A stretch of 40,418 bases of DNA from an uncultured Candidatus Saccharibacteria bacterium (GTDB lineage: Bacteria; Patescibacteriota; Minisyncoccia; Minisyncoccales; CAZWNE01): NCBI GenBank assembly GCA_964635155.1, contig CAZWNE010000003.1, positions 1 through 40,418 on the forward strand, given 5' to 3'. Each line of letters opens with the position of its first letter. Position 1 is the first letter of the stretch. The notes beneath the pieces are model-generated. The model saw only the letters and a program-made list of their open reading frames with translations, made no database searches and had not been told where the DNA came from. This document shows positions 1 to 9,241 of the stretch, one piece after another. Both the position numbers and the translations under genes were made by a program.

Positions 1-414
1 ATTGTTAATTATTTTCTCTCTCGGAGGAAATAACGGCTTTGGCAGATTGCTCAAATCAAACCATTCCCACTTTGTAATCTCATCTGGCTCCATAACTTTT
101 GCCTCGCCTTCAAAATCAGCGCATAAAAAACCTATTGTGACAAAGTGCTTATCAGGGATTCTATCATTGGAAACGCTTACTATTTCCGGGCCGCCTATTT
201 TAATGCTTGTTTCTTCTAACACTTCTCGGACTGCCGCTTCTTTCAATCCTTCCTGGAATTCAAGCTTGCCGCCGGGCATTGTCCAAGTTCCTTCTCCGTG
301 CAGCTCGCTGTCTGCTTTTTTAGTATCAATATGCCTCTGACCGAGCAAAACTTTATTATCTTTCAAAATCATCACCCCCACTCCGACGCCCGGTTTTAGT
401 TTTTGAGTATCCAT
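1..414 (-). CDS. Nudix hydrolase (C-terminal end runs off the window start)
   Basis: Absent from the ORF track because it is open at the window edge. Reverse translation from ATG 414-412 gives MDTQKLKPGVGVGVMILKDNKVLLGQR... with Nudix box GKLEFQEGLKEAAVREVLEETSI (G-x5-E-x7-RE-x2-EE). There is no stop through position 1. Confidence 0.8.
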   Translation of the reverse strand, partial: MDTQKLKPGVGVGVMILKDNKVLLGQRHIDTKKADSELHGEGTWTMPGGKLEFQEGLKEAAVREVLEETSIKIGGPEIVSVSNDRIPDKHFVTIGFLCADFEGEAKVMEPDEITKWEWFDLSNLPKPLFPPREKIINN

Positions 415-972
415 TTATTTTAAAAGCAGCATTGCTGCCTCGAATTTCGGCTTAATGATATTCTTTGATTTTTCGAAATGTAATTGATTGTATTTATTTT
501 CCAGTTTTTTTCTTACGGATTCCTTTGCTTCGCATTGATTTTTATTCTCATAAACGAAGGCTGCTTTGAATATTCCAGCGATATTATCAAAATTGCTCAT
601 AGCATCAGCTTCTGCCACTATTTGTTCCTCTAAGCTTTCTCGGATATTATTCTGAGAGCCCCTGTGGTTCAATACGCATTTTTTAACCAATTCTATCTTT
701 CCAGCCGGATAATTTAATTCTTCCAACTTTTTCTCGGCGATTTTCGCGCCGGTGATCTGATGATCTTCCCTGCCAGCTATTATTGAACCAATATCGTGCA
801 GCCAAGCGGCAATTAAAATGACTTCTTTGTCCCCGCCCAGTTCATCAGCTAACTCTCCTGCGTATTTCGCAACGGACATAAAATGATAAGGAAATGGCTC
901 GTAGCCGTACTGGCTGCTCGGTTTTTTACATTCATCCTCCACGAAAATTTTTATTTCCTCAACTATATCCAT
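415..972 (-). CDS. HD-domain phosphohydrolase
   Basis: 185-aa ORF with an AAWLHDIGS (HD) motif and a later NHRG. Its stop abuts the Nudix start. Confidence 0.7.
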   Translation of the reverse strand: MDIVEEIKIFVEDECKKPSSQYGYEPFPYHFMSVAKYAGELADELGGDKEVILIAAWLHDIGSIIAGREDHQITGAKIAEKKLEELNYPAGKIELVKKCVLNHRGSQNNIRESLEEQIVAEADAMSNFDNIAGIFKAAFVYENKNQCEAKESVRKKLENKYNQLHFEKSKNIIKPKFEAAMLLLK

Positions 973-984
973 TTATGTCTATTT

Positions 985-1377
985 TTACTCTTTAATTTCG
1001 CAGAATTTACCCAGAATTTCTTTGGTTTTTTGCAGATTTCTGTCTTCAACTAGAAGATAGCTGGTCTCGTAGGTATCTATATAAAATATGCTGATATCCG
1101 CATCAGCCAGAGGTTTAGCTAAAGAAGCGACAATTCCCGTCAAGGAAAAACCCAGAGGGCCTTGTACCTTGAAAACCCTCCAATCAGTTTCCGCCAAAAT
1201 TCCGGCCGGAATTTTTTCCTGAGGCAGGATTATTGAAAGCTCGTTCATCGTCCTCGTGACGGAAGTAAAATTGCTGTCTCCCTGAGCCCAATCGGGAATC
1301 GGGCTGTTCTTGTCTAAATGGCAGATGCCTATTTTATCCGGCAAAATAGATAGCGCGAGTTTTGTATTGTTCTCCAT
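985..1377 (-). CDS. ACT-domain protein (ACT_7-like)
   Basis: 130 aa. The pattern ...NELSIILP...WRVFKVQGPLGFSLTGIVASLAKPLADADISIFYIDTYETSYLLV matches the stand-alone ACT_7 family as I recall it. Confidence 0.6.
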   Translation of the reverse strand: MENNTKLALSILPDKIGICHLDKNSPIPDWAQGDSNFTSVTRTMNELSIILPQEKIPAGILAETDWRVFKVQGPLGFSLTGIVASLAKPLADADISIFYIDTYETSYLLVEDRNLQKTKEILGKFCEIKE

Positions 1378-1400
1378 AAAACGAATTTTTTATTCTAAAA

Positions 1401-1435
1401 AATGAAGTTAAAGATGAAGTCGACACTTCATCGCC
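1401..1435 (-). repeat. double-hairpin repeat family 1, partial copy (hairpin 1 + linker)
   Basis: The minus strand reads GGCGATGAAGTGTCGACTTCATCTTTAACTTCATT. It overlaps the stop codon of the ASCH gene. Confidence 0.6.
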
Positions 1436-1916
1436 TTTTTATTTTAGCAATATTTCCCAAGGTTAGCCACGCCGACATGTTCCCGAATCCGGCTTTATTT
1501 ATATTAAACGGCTTTATTTTCTGGGGCTTTTCTAAAAATATCAACAAACAGTATTTTTTATTTTTAAACAACTTATAAAATTCGGGGATTTCATTTTTCC
1601 CGATCCCGTCGTCTTTGCCGTATTTATTTAAAATTTGCTTAACTTTTTGAGGAGTCAGATCGGGAGGTCGATGAAGTAATACTTTATCGACACCTTCGTC
1701 CGCTCTGGGCGGACTCGGTAAATAAATAACTTTTTTTACTTTGGCTTTTACTGAAACCGGCTCCCCTGAATTTTTGAAATAAATTGTATCCCCTTTTTTT
1801 ATTTTCCCCCACGGACAGCGTTTGGATTTATACCATCTTGATTCTATTTTCTTTTCTCGGGAAAGAATCTTCCCCATCATCCCCCACGACTTTTTCATTA
1901 TAGCTACGTGATCCAT
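1428..1916 (-). CDS. ASCH (PUA-like) domain protein carrying an in-frame repeat-element insertion
   Basis: 162 aa. The N-terminal KKGDTIYFKNSGEPVSVKAKVKKV and C-terminal YCLLIFLEKPQKIKPFNINKAGFG are ASCH-like. The central LPSPPRADEGVDKVLLHR is encoded by repeat copy 1666-1718. Confidence 0.55.
   Translation of the reverse strand: MDHVAIMKKSWGMMGKILSREKKIESRWYKSKRCPWGKIKKGDTIYFKNSGEPVSVKAKVKKVIYLPSPPRADEGVDKVLLHRPPDLTPQKVKQILNKYGKDDGIGKNEIPEFYKLFKNKKYCLLIFLEKPQKIKPFNINKAGFGNMSAWLTLGNIAKIKRR
1666..1718 (+). repeat. double-hairpin repeat family 1, full copy inside the ASCH CDS (antisense to the gene)
   Basis: GGTCGATGAAGTAATACTTTATCGACACCTTCGTCCGCTCTGGGCGGACTCGG aligns along its whole length with copies 15434 and 38876. 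Both stems are retained. Confidence 0.7.
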
Positions 1917-1924
1917 ATTTTTAC

Positions 1925-2110
1925 TGGCGGTGTGTATTTGAAAAAATCCGAACTGATTTTGCGACCGATTGGCTCGGCGGGCGGAAGGGCAAAGACCAAA
2001 CCCCCTTTCCGCCCGCCTCGCCTTGAAGCGGAAGCGAAAAGGACAATTTCAAGTTTTTCGCGGGCAGTAGCCCGCTAACAAAATCACAGATTTTGTTCTT
2101 TGGCGACAAA
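1925..2110 (-). other. GC-rich multi-hairpin noncoding island (candidate small RNA or palindromic-repeat cluster)
   Basis: Three strong hairpins: 1976-2017 (GGCGGGCGGAAGGG ... CCCTTTCCGCCCGCC), 2060-2075 (GCGGGC-AGTA-GCCCGC) and 2077-2097 (AACAAAATC-ACA-GATTTTGTT). The only ORF is a 62-aa TTG-start frame with implausible composition. Confidence 0.3.
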
Positions 2111-2115
2111 TTTTG

Positions 2116-3486
2116 TCATTTTCCCATTGAAATTACTTTTATTTGACACAATTCACGCAGTCCAGCAATTCCATGTTCTCTTCCCATTCCCGAATTTTTA
2201 AAACCTCCGAAAGGATTACATGGCAACCAACGGCTTCCATGATTAATTTCAACGGTTCCAGCTTCAATTTTTGATGCAACTCTTTTCGCACGCTCAATGT
2301 CTTTTGAGTAAACTCTACTGCCAAGTCCGTAGGGAGTATCGTTTGCAAGTTTAATTGCTTCTTCTTCTGTTTTAAAAGATACTACCGGGAGAACAGGTCC
2401 AAAAACTTCTTCATTCCATACACGCATATCTTTTGTGATGTTAGTCAGAATTGTTGGTTCATAGAATGCTCCACTCAAATTTTTTGGTCTATTTCCTCCA
2501 ATAATTACTTTAGCACCTTTTTCCACCGCATCCTTAACTTGTCCCTCTAACAAATCTACTTGTCTTTTAGCAACCAAACTTCCTATTTGTGTTTTTTCAC
2601 TAGATGGATCTCCAATAATCTTTTTCTCGATTTCTTGTTTTAATCCTTGCACAACTTTCTCAAAGATTGATTCGTGAACAATGAGCCTTTTCACTGAATC
2701 ACACACTTGCCCGCAGTTACGAAATCTTTCTGTATAAATTTCTGGAATTACATCAAGGACATCAATATCTTCAAATAAAACTGCGGGGCTAGAACCTCCC
2801 ATCTCAAGAATTACCTTTATAAATTTTTCCGCAGCAATTTTATAGAGTAGTTTTCCAACTTTTGTGCTTCCTGTAAACCAAATTAAATTTATATCGCTTT
2901 CGGCAAGCTTTTGTCCTACGCTTCCGTCTCCGTATACTTCAGAAAAAACGCCTTTGGGAAGATTTTTTGAGTCCATGATTTCTTCAATTAGTTTTCCCAC
3001 AAGGGGACATTCCTCTGAAATCTTAAACACAACCGTATTCCCAGCAACTAGATTGGGAATCGTACCCCATATAAACATACCTACTGGAAAGTTCCAGGGG
3101 GTTATTACCGCCGCTACTCCATACGGCTCATAAGTAATCTTGTGTATTGATTTTTCATCTTCATGTGTGATTTCATCCGCAAAGGCTTTTTCGCCATTAT
3201 TCAGAAACCACTCAAATTCTTCGAGAAATCCATCGAGCTTGGCTTCGCTTATCGGTTTTCCCATTTCTCTCATCTCCAAAAACGATAATTCACCCTTTCT
3301 TTTTTTAAATTCTTCTAAAATCTGTTTCAAAAATTCAATTCTTTTTTTGAGACCGAGCTCCTTCCACGAAATCTTGGCCTTATTGGCTAATTCTACTTTT
3401 TCTCTTATCTCCTCATCCGTAGAAACATTTACTTCTCCAATAACTTCGTAATTTTTTGCCGGATTTGTAGAAATCAGTTTTTTCAT
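2116..3486 (-). CDS. NAD(P)-dependent aldehyde dehydrogenase
   Basis: 456 aa with the motifs FTGSTKVG, LEMGGSSP, catalytic NCGQVCDSVKR and PFGGFKNSGMGRE. Confidence 0.9.
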   Translation of the reverse strand: MKKLISTNPAKNYEVIGEVNVSTDEEIREKVELANKAKISWKELGLKKRIEFLKQILEEFKKRKGELSFLEMREMGKPISEAKLDGFLEEFEWFLNNGEKAFADEITHEDEKSIHKITYEPYGVAAVITPWNFPVGMFIWGTIPNLVAGNTVVFKISEECPLVGKLIEEIMDSKNLPKGVFSEVYGDGSVGQKLAESDINLIWFTGSTKVGKLLYKIAAEKFIKVILEMGGSSPAVLFEDIDVLDVIPEIYTERFRNCGQVCDSVKRLIVHESIFEKVVQGLKQEIEKKIIGDPSSEKTQIGSLVAKRQVDLLEGQVKDAVEKGAKVIIGGNRPKNLSGAFYEPTILTNITKDMRVWNEEVFGPVLPVVSFKTEEEAIKLANDTPYGLGSRVYSKDIERAKRVASKIEAGTVEINHGSRWLPCNPFGGFKNSGMGREHGIAGLRELCQIKVISMGK

Positions 3487-3579
3487 AATATTATTGATAT
3501 TATTTTATTAAATCTTCAATTGAAACGCCCAATGCTTTGACAATTTTTTTGCCATAACTTAAACTACTTAGCTACTGAA

Positions 3580-4227
3580 TTATAGTATTGCAAATTGATC
3601 CCCTAAGCAAACTTGGTGCTGCATATTCCAAAATAAATACCGAAGAGCAGAACTATCAATTGAAGAAGATTCGCTTGTAAGTAATTTTCGCATATTCCTA
3701 AGAAAAAATTCCTTAGAGCTTTGATGAGCTTCTCCCGCCGTATGCCCCTTCAATAAAGAAATAGCAACTTGATTTGAAGGTTTTAGAAACAGCTCAGCCG
3801 TCTTATCCTCAATGGGCCGACCTCGTTTTTCATTGCTATACATAAAAATGAAATCCTCTACATATCCTATGTATGCCAAAACGCCGCTCCCTATACTTTT
3901 AGAGCCCAGTATTTTTGCGGAACGGCAGGACAAAGCATAAACTATCCGAGACTTCAGAATATCATCGTTTACCCCTGCTTCAATTAAAACCCTTCCATCT
4001 TGTCCACAGATTAACCTATCGTTTCCGTGTCCATTAATTATAACAAGTGAAGGATTTTTCTTATGAATTATACTTTCAAATTCTTTCTTCGTTGCGCGCT
4101 TTTGAAAAAGATCTATAACTAAATCGCCCTTAGATCTTGCGAAAACAATCACTTTTTTTGACCAAGCAGAAATATACCGCGTCGTATAATCATATTCCGG
4201 CCGAGTAACTAAAACATTTTTACTCAT
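3580..4227 (-). CDS. hypothetical protein, caspase-fold (clan CD cysteine peptidase)-like
   Basis: Hydrophobic strand plus His-Gly (SLVIINGHG), then hydrophobic strand plus Cys (RIVYALSCRSA), in the order and spacing typical of caspase/CHAT/gingipain folds. The start is taken at ATG 4227 (MSKNVLV), which forms an ATGAGTAA overlap with the upstream stop. The ORF track extends it to 4251. Confidence 0.45.
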   Translation of the reverse strand: MSKNVLVTRPEYDYTTRYISAWSKKVIVFARSKGDLVIDLFQKRATKKEFESIIHKKNPSLVIINGHGNDRLICGQDGRVLIEAGVNDDILKSRIVYALSCRSAKILGSKSIGSGVLAYIGYVEDFIFMYSNEKRGRPIEDKTAELFLKPSNQVAISLLKGHTAGEAHQSSKEFFLRNMRKLLTSESSSIDSSALRYLFWNMQHQVCLGDQFAIL

Positions 4228-4429
4228 AGAACGAGCCCTCTTTGACGGCACGCAAAAAATTCATTTCGACTTCTATAACTTTTTTCCCGATCTCGTCATT
4301 ATCTTCCACGTGCTGTATCAACTGATCTTTCGTAAAATCGCCATCTGAACCAACTGAAATGCTTTTGTCCTCTGGTAAAGTTTTTAAACGGGCGATAACT
4401 AAATTCTTAATCTCCTGCTCGTTTTCCAT
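4220..4429 (-). CDS. small hypothetical protein (69 aa)
   Basis: ORF MENEQEIKNLVIARLKTLPEDKSISVGSDGDFTKDQLIQHVEDNDEIGKKVIEVEMNFLRAVKEGSFYE. It is translationally coupled to the downstream gene. No family recognised. Confidence 0.5.
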   Translation of the reverse strand: MENEQEIKNLVIARLKTLPEDKSISVGSDGDFTKDQLIQHVEDNDEIGKKVIEVEMNFLRAVKEGSFYE

Positions 4430-4442
4430 AAAATACAACGAT

Positions 4443-4625
4443 TTAAATAATTTTCAGTTCAATTAATTTTTTGAATATTTCTTCGCCAAGCTTTGTGCGG
4501 CCGTTAATCTCTAAATATGCAACCTGCCAAGTAATTGGACCCCTATCTGGCAAAACTAAAATAATCTCGCCTCTCAGATTAAGCGGGAGATTCGCATATA
4601 CCTTGAAAAATCTTTCTTCCTCCAT
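4443..4625 (-). CDS. small hypothetical protein (60 aa)
   Basis: MEEERFFKVYANLPLNLRGEIILVLPDRGPITWQVAYLEINGRTKLGEEIFKKLIELKII. The longer N-terminal extension in the ORF track (to 4826) is low-complexity and overlaps a better ORF in another frame. Confidence 0.45.
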   Translation of the reverse strand: MEEERFFKVYANLPLNLRGEIILVLPDRGPITWQVAYLEINGRTKLGEEIFKKLIELKII

Positions 4626-4632
4626 AATTTTA

Positions 4633-4845
4633 TTATACACTACATTTCTTAATATCTCTATATTTACCATTTCTATAACTGAAATTAGATTTTGCCGTAT
4701 CTTTTGCAATCCACCCTTGCTCTTTCTTTGTTTTATATTCATCCTTATCAACGTAACAATGGCCGGAGATTTTAATTCCATTCTTCGTTTTATCAAAATA
4801 GATTTCCGCCAATCTTTTATTAACAATTGCGAAACACCATGACAT
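4633..4845 (-). CDS. small hypothetical protein (70 aa, Cys/Trp-containing)
   Basis: Internal ATG of track ORF 4633..4914 gives MSWCFAIVNKRLAEIYFDKTKNGIKISGHCYVDKDEYKTKKEQGWIAKDTAKSNFSYRNGKYRDIKKCSV. Its composition is globular, unlike the competing frame. The track N-terminus overlaps tRNA-Ser and is rejected. Confidence 0.4.
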   Translation of the reverse strand: MSWCFAIVNKRLAEIYFDKTKNGIKISGHCYVDKDEYKTKKEQGWIAKDTAKSNFSYRNGKYRDIKKCSV

Positions 4846-4861
4846 ATTTAAAGTAGATCGG

Positions 4862-4946
4862 CGGAAGGGGCGAGATTTGAACTCGCGATACCTTGCGGTA
4901 TACCTGCTCTCCAAGCAGGCGCACTAGGCCACTATGCGACCCTTCC
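4862..4946 (-). tRNA. tRNA-Ser (anticodon GGA)
   Basis: Folded by hand: acceptor GGAAGGG/CCCUUCC, 3-bp D stem, anticodon stem CCUGC/GCAGG with loop UUGGAGA, long variable arm UAUACCGCAAGGUAUC, T arm GCGAG-UUCAAAU-CUCGC. CCA is not encoded. Confidence 0.9.
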
Positions 4947-4952
4947 AAAAAA

Positions 4953-5846
4953 TTAAATCTCCATCCCTCTTAATGCCTTTATTCTCTCTTCGAGGGGCGG
5001 GTGGGTTGAAAATAATGTCATAAAGCTTTGGCCCCTTAAAGGATTGGAAATAAATAAATGGCTGGTGGAAGCTGAAGCCATCTTCATCGGATTTTTGTCA
5101 GCCCCGATTTTTTCCAAAGCGCTGGCTAATCCTTCGGGGTAGCGGGTCAGCAAGGCGCCTGAAGCATCGGCTAAAAATTCCCGCTTCCTGGAAATCGCCA
5201 TCTGAATCAGCATTGCCACTATGGGAGATAAAATCGCTAAAACCAATCCGGCTAAAGCCAATATGGAACCTGCCTGCCCGCCTTCGCGGTTGTTATTTCT
5301 TCTGAAACCGCCGAAAAATAAAGACCTGGTGAAAATATTTGAAATAATGCTGATGAATCCGACTAAAACCACAACCATAGTCATTAACAGCATATCCTTA
5401 TTTCCGATGTGCGACAACTCGTGAGATATCACCCCTTCAAGTTCGGTTTTATCCAGTTTTTCCAATAATCCCCTGGTCACGGCGATAACGGCGTGATTTT
5501 TGTCGCGGCCCGTAGCAAAAGCATTGGGCTGGGCTTCTTCTAAAATATAAATCGGGGGCGATGGCAATCCCGCGGTAATGCAAAGGTTCTCAACCAGCCG
5601 GTAAAGTTCTGGATTATCTTGTTTTTTAATGGGTTTGGCGCGGGTCAAAGCCAGCACCACTTTATCCGAATACCAAAAACTGGCAATATTCATTACCAAG
5701 CTGAAAATAACGGCGTAAATTAAAATTGCCGGATTCTGGAAGACGTTGCTGAAAATCCAGCCAAAACCGATAATAATTATCAGAAAAACTGAAATTAATA
5801 TCCAAGTCTTCCTGATATTGGATTCGGCATTAGAATAAATGGTCAT
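4953..5846 (-). CDS. htpX: M48 zinc metalloprotease HtpX
   Basis: 297 aa with N-terminal TM segments, an HELSHIGNKD (HExxH) motif and a C-terminal LFSTHPPLEERI. Confidence 0.9.
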   Translation of the reverse strand: MTIYSNAESNIRKTWILISVFLIIIIGFGWIFSNVFQNPAILIYAVIFSLVMNIASFWYSDKVVLALTRAKPIKKQDNPELYRLVENLCITAGLPSPPIYILEEAQPNAFATGRDKNHAVIAVTRGLLEKLDKTELEGVISHELSHIGNKDMLLMTMVVVLVGFISIISNIFTRSLFFGGFRRNNNREGGQAGSILALAGLVLAILSPIVAMLIQMAISRKREFLADASGALLTRYPEGLASALEKIGADKNPMKMASASTSHLFISNPLRGQSFMTLFSTHPPLEERIKALRGMEI

Positions 5847-6400
5847 CAGAATTTTACGCTAACCGGATTTTTCGCCGCAGCTTCTTCTAACTGGAAGAAT
5901 TCCTCCAGTTTGAATTTAAAGGCATTAGCAATAATGTTTGCCGGAAAGCTTTCAACTTTATTGTTTAACTCTATGACATTGCCGTTGTAAAATCTTCTCG
6001 CGGCCTGGATTTTATCTTCCGTGTCGGTCAGCTCTCTTTGCAGTTCCAAAAAATTGGTTGACGCTTTAAGGTCAGGATAATTTTCCGCTACGGCAAAAAG
6101 GGATTTTAAGGTAGCAGACAGCATATTTTCCGCCTCCCCTTTTTCTTTTAGTGTTTGAGCTCCCATGGCCCGAGTTCTGGCCTCGGTCACTTTTTCAAAC
6201 ACTCCGCTCTCATAAGCCGCGTATCCTTTGACTGTCTCTACTAAATTGGGAATTAAGTCGTATCTTCTCTTTAACTGGACGTCTATATCCGACCAGGCCT
6301 CTTTGACCCGGTTGCGAAGAGTAATGAAGCGGTTATAGGTTAAAATCAGCCAAAGAACTATAATACCGACGATTATTAAAATAATTTTTGTTATAGTCAT
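5846..6400 (-). CDS. lemA: LemA family membrane protein
   Basis: One N-terminal TM segment, then [40 protein letters not shown], typical of LemA. The TGATG overlap with htpX fits the common lemA-htpX pair. The start is chosen at MTITKII; the track starts at 6469 (TTG). Confidence 0.8.
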   Translation of the reverse strand: MTITKIILIIVGIIVLWLILTYNRFITLRNRVKEAWSDIDVQLKRRYDLIPNLVETVKGYAAYESGVFEKVTEARTRAMGAQTLKEKGEAENMLSATLKSLFAVAENYPDLKASTNFLELQRELTDTEDKIQAARRFYNGNVIELNNKVESFPANIIANAFKFKLEEFFQLEEAAAKNPVSVKF

Positions 6401-6499
6401 AAAATTTAACGATAGATTAATAATAATTCGACCCATAATCAGTATAACCAAAAACTCCTCCGGTTTCAATCCGTAAGGAGTTCTTGAATGTTTTAGAAA

Positions 6500-8442
<1,943 letters not shown>

Positions 8443-8451
8443 TGCCATTTT

Positions 8452-8480
8452 ATATTAGAAAACTTAAAATATAATGTCAA
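8452..8480 (-). promoter_or_regulatory. sigma70-like promoter of groES-groEL
   Basis: The minus strand reads TTGACA (8480-8475), a 17-nt spacer, then TAATAT (8457-8452). Confidence 0.45.
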
Positions 8481-8487
8481 CTAGGCA

Positions 8488-8526
8488 GGCGATGAAGTTA
8501 CTGCTTCATCTGCTTTCACCTTCGCT
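8488..8526 (+). repeat. double-hairpin repeat family 1, partial copy
   Basis: GGCGATGAAGTTACTGCTTCATCTGCTTTCACCTTCGC. It lies between the terminator of 8564..9100 and the groES -35 box. Confidence 0.6.
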
Positions 8527-8550
8527 TTTTCTCCAAAAAAGCTCGGTAAG

Positions 8551-8573
8551 AAAAAGGCGCAAATTAATGCGCC
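8551..8573 (-). terminator. intrinsic terminator of gene 8564..9100
   Basis: The minus strand reads GGCGCA-TTAATT-TGCGCC followed by TTTTTCTT. It overlaps the stop codon. Confidence 0.55.
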
Positions 8574-9100
8574 TTCCGGAATCGGGAGAAGATTCTCCCG
8601 ATTAAATTTGACCTTTGGGGCTGTTTTAGCCTTAAGATATACTTAACGGCTTGGCTCACCTGAAAGGGAGAAAGTTTGGCAGTATAAGCCGACATAATTA
8701 AGTCTAACATCTTCTTTTTGGCGATGTCTTCGCCTTCATCATGAAAAATGATGAAAGGAACAATTCCGGCTTCCTGGCATCTTTTGATTATTGAGAATCT
8801 GTAATAGTTTTTGACCTGGACGTTTATTTCGCTCCTGTCCAGCAAAGTCAAAACCAGGTCTATTCCTGTCATATCCGCCGGGCTTAATCTTTTAATCTGG
8901 ACAACCCTACGGATTAAGCCTTTCCCGGCCCAGAATTTTGCCGCCTTCAAAGCTTTTTCTTCAGCGTCAAATCCTCTTTGGTCTTTATTGTCAGAAGGAA
9001 TACCCGTTAAGCCGGCGGTAATCCTTGCTACTCTTTCGAGACCCTTAACGCGCCTTTCTATCGCATCGCGAGCTTTTCTAATTTTTGTTCTAACGCCCAT
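8564..9100 (-). CDS. hypothetical protein, possible restriction-endonuclease-like (PD-(D/E)xK, Mrr_cat-like) fold
   Basis: 178 aa. GFDAEEKALKAAKFWAGKGL...DMTGIDLVLTLLDRSEINVQVKNY resembles the G-x-FE ... D-x-GID ... Q-x-K layout of Mrr-type nuclease cores. Assigned by eye only. Confidence 0.3.
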   Translation of the reverse strand: MGVRTKIRKARDAIERRVKGLERVARITAGLTGIPSDNKDQRGFDAEEKALKAAKFWAGKGLIRRVVQIKRLSPADMTGIDLVLTLLDRSEINVQVKNYYRFSIIKRCQEAGIVPFIIFHDEGEDIAKKKMLDLIMSAYTAKLSPFQVSQAVKYILRLKQPQRSNLIGRIFSRFRKAH

Positions 9101-9136
9101 TCAATTCACCCCCTTTAAAATTGTAATAATCTGCCG

Positions 9137-9178
9137 TTATCTTAATATGCTTTTCAAATATTGTCCAGCCGGGCCATA
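9137..9178 (-). pseudogene. possible relic of a uvrA 3' end
   Basis: The minus strand translates YGPAGQYLKSILR*. The live uvrA ends [11 protein letters not shown] at 10166-10207. The two share the 13-mer CTGGACAATATTT plus flanking similarity. Confidence 0.3.
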
Positions 9179-9179
9179 C

Positions 9180-9208
9180 TTTACAAAAAATAAGATATAT
9201 GCTATAAT
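9180..9208 (+). promoter_or_regulatory. sigma70-like promoter of the serine protease gene
   Basis: TTTACA, a 17-nt spacer, then TATAAT. It is followed by RBS GGGAGGAG and a TTG start. Confidence 0.5.
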
Positions 9209-9241
9209 TTGCGATAAATAGAAAAAGGGAGGAGTAGAACT

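Noticed and set aside
1921-2109. 62-aa minus-strand ORF (MSPKNKICDFVSGLL...).
   Set aside because: It has a TTG start, no RBS and implausible composition. The region is better explained by GC-rich hairpins and is reported as a noncoding island instead.
3486-4862. A classical integrative island at tRNA-Ser, and likewise at tRNA-Leu (19990-20600).
   Set aside because: There is no integrase gene, and I could find no direct repeat of the tRNA 3' end at the distal boundary. The loci are reported only as small accessory cassettes.
4626-4914. The long N-terminal extension of ORF 4443..4826 and the first 23 codons of ORF 4633..4914.
   Set aside because: The extension is Ile/Lys/Arg low-complexity and competes with a more protein-like frame. 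The 5' part of 4633..4914 overlaps the tRNA-Ser gene.
5060-5095. GAAGCTGAAGCCATCTTCATCGG inside htpX as a partial family-1 repeat copy.
   Set aside because: Only the CTTCATC core matches. The encoded segment (KMASASTSHLF) has the normal length for the HtpX C-terminal region, so it is probably a chance resemblance.
1428-5848. Possibility of UGA recoding (genetic code 4 or 25), as seen in some CPR lineages.
   Set aside because: TGA terminates the ASCH gene, the aldehyde dehydrogenase gene and lemA at positions that give normal-length, motif-complete proteins. No conserved gene in the window needs a TGA read-through.
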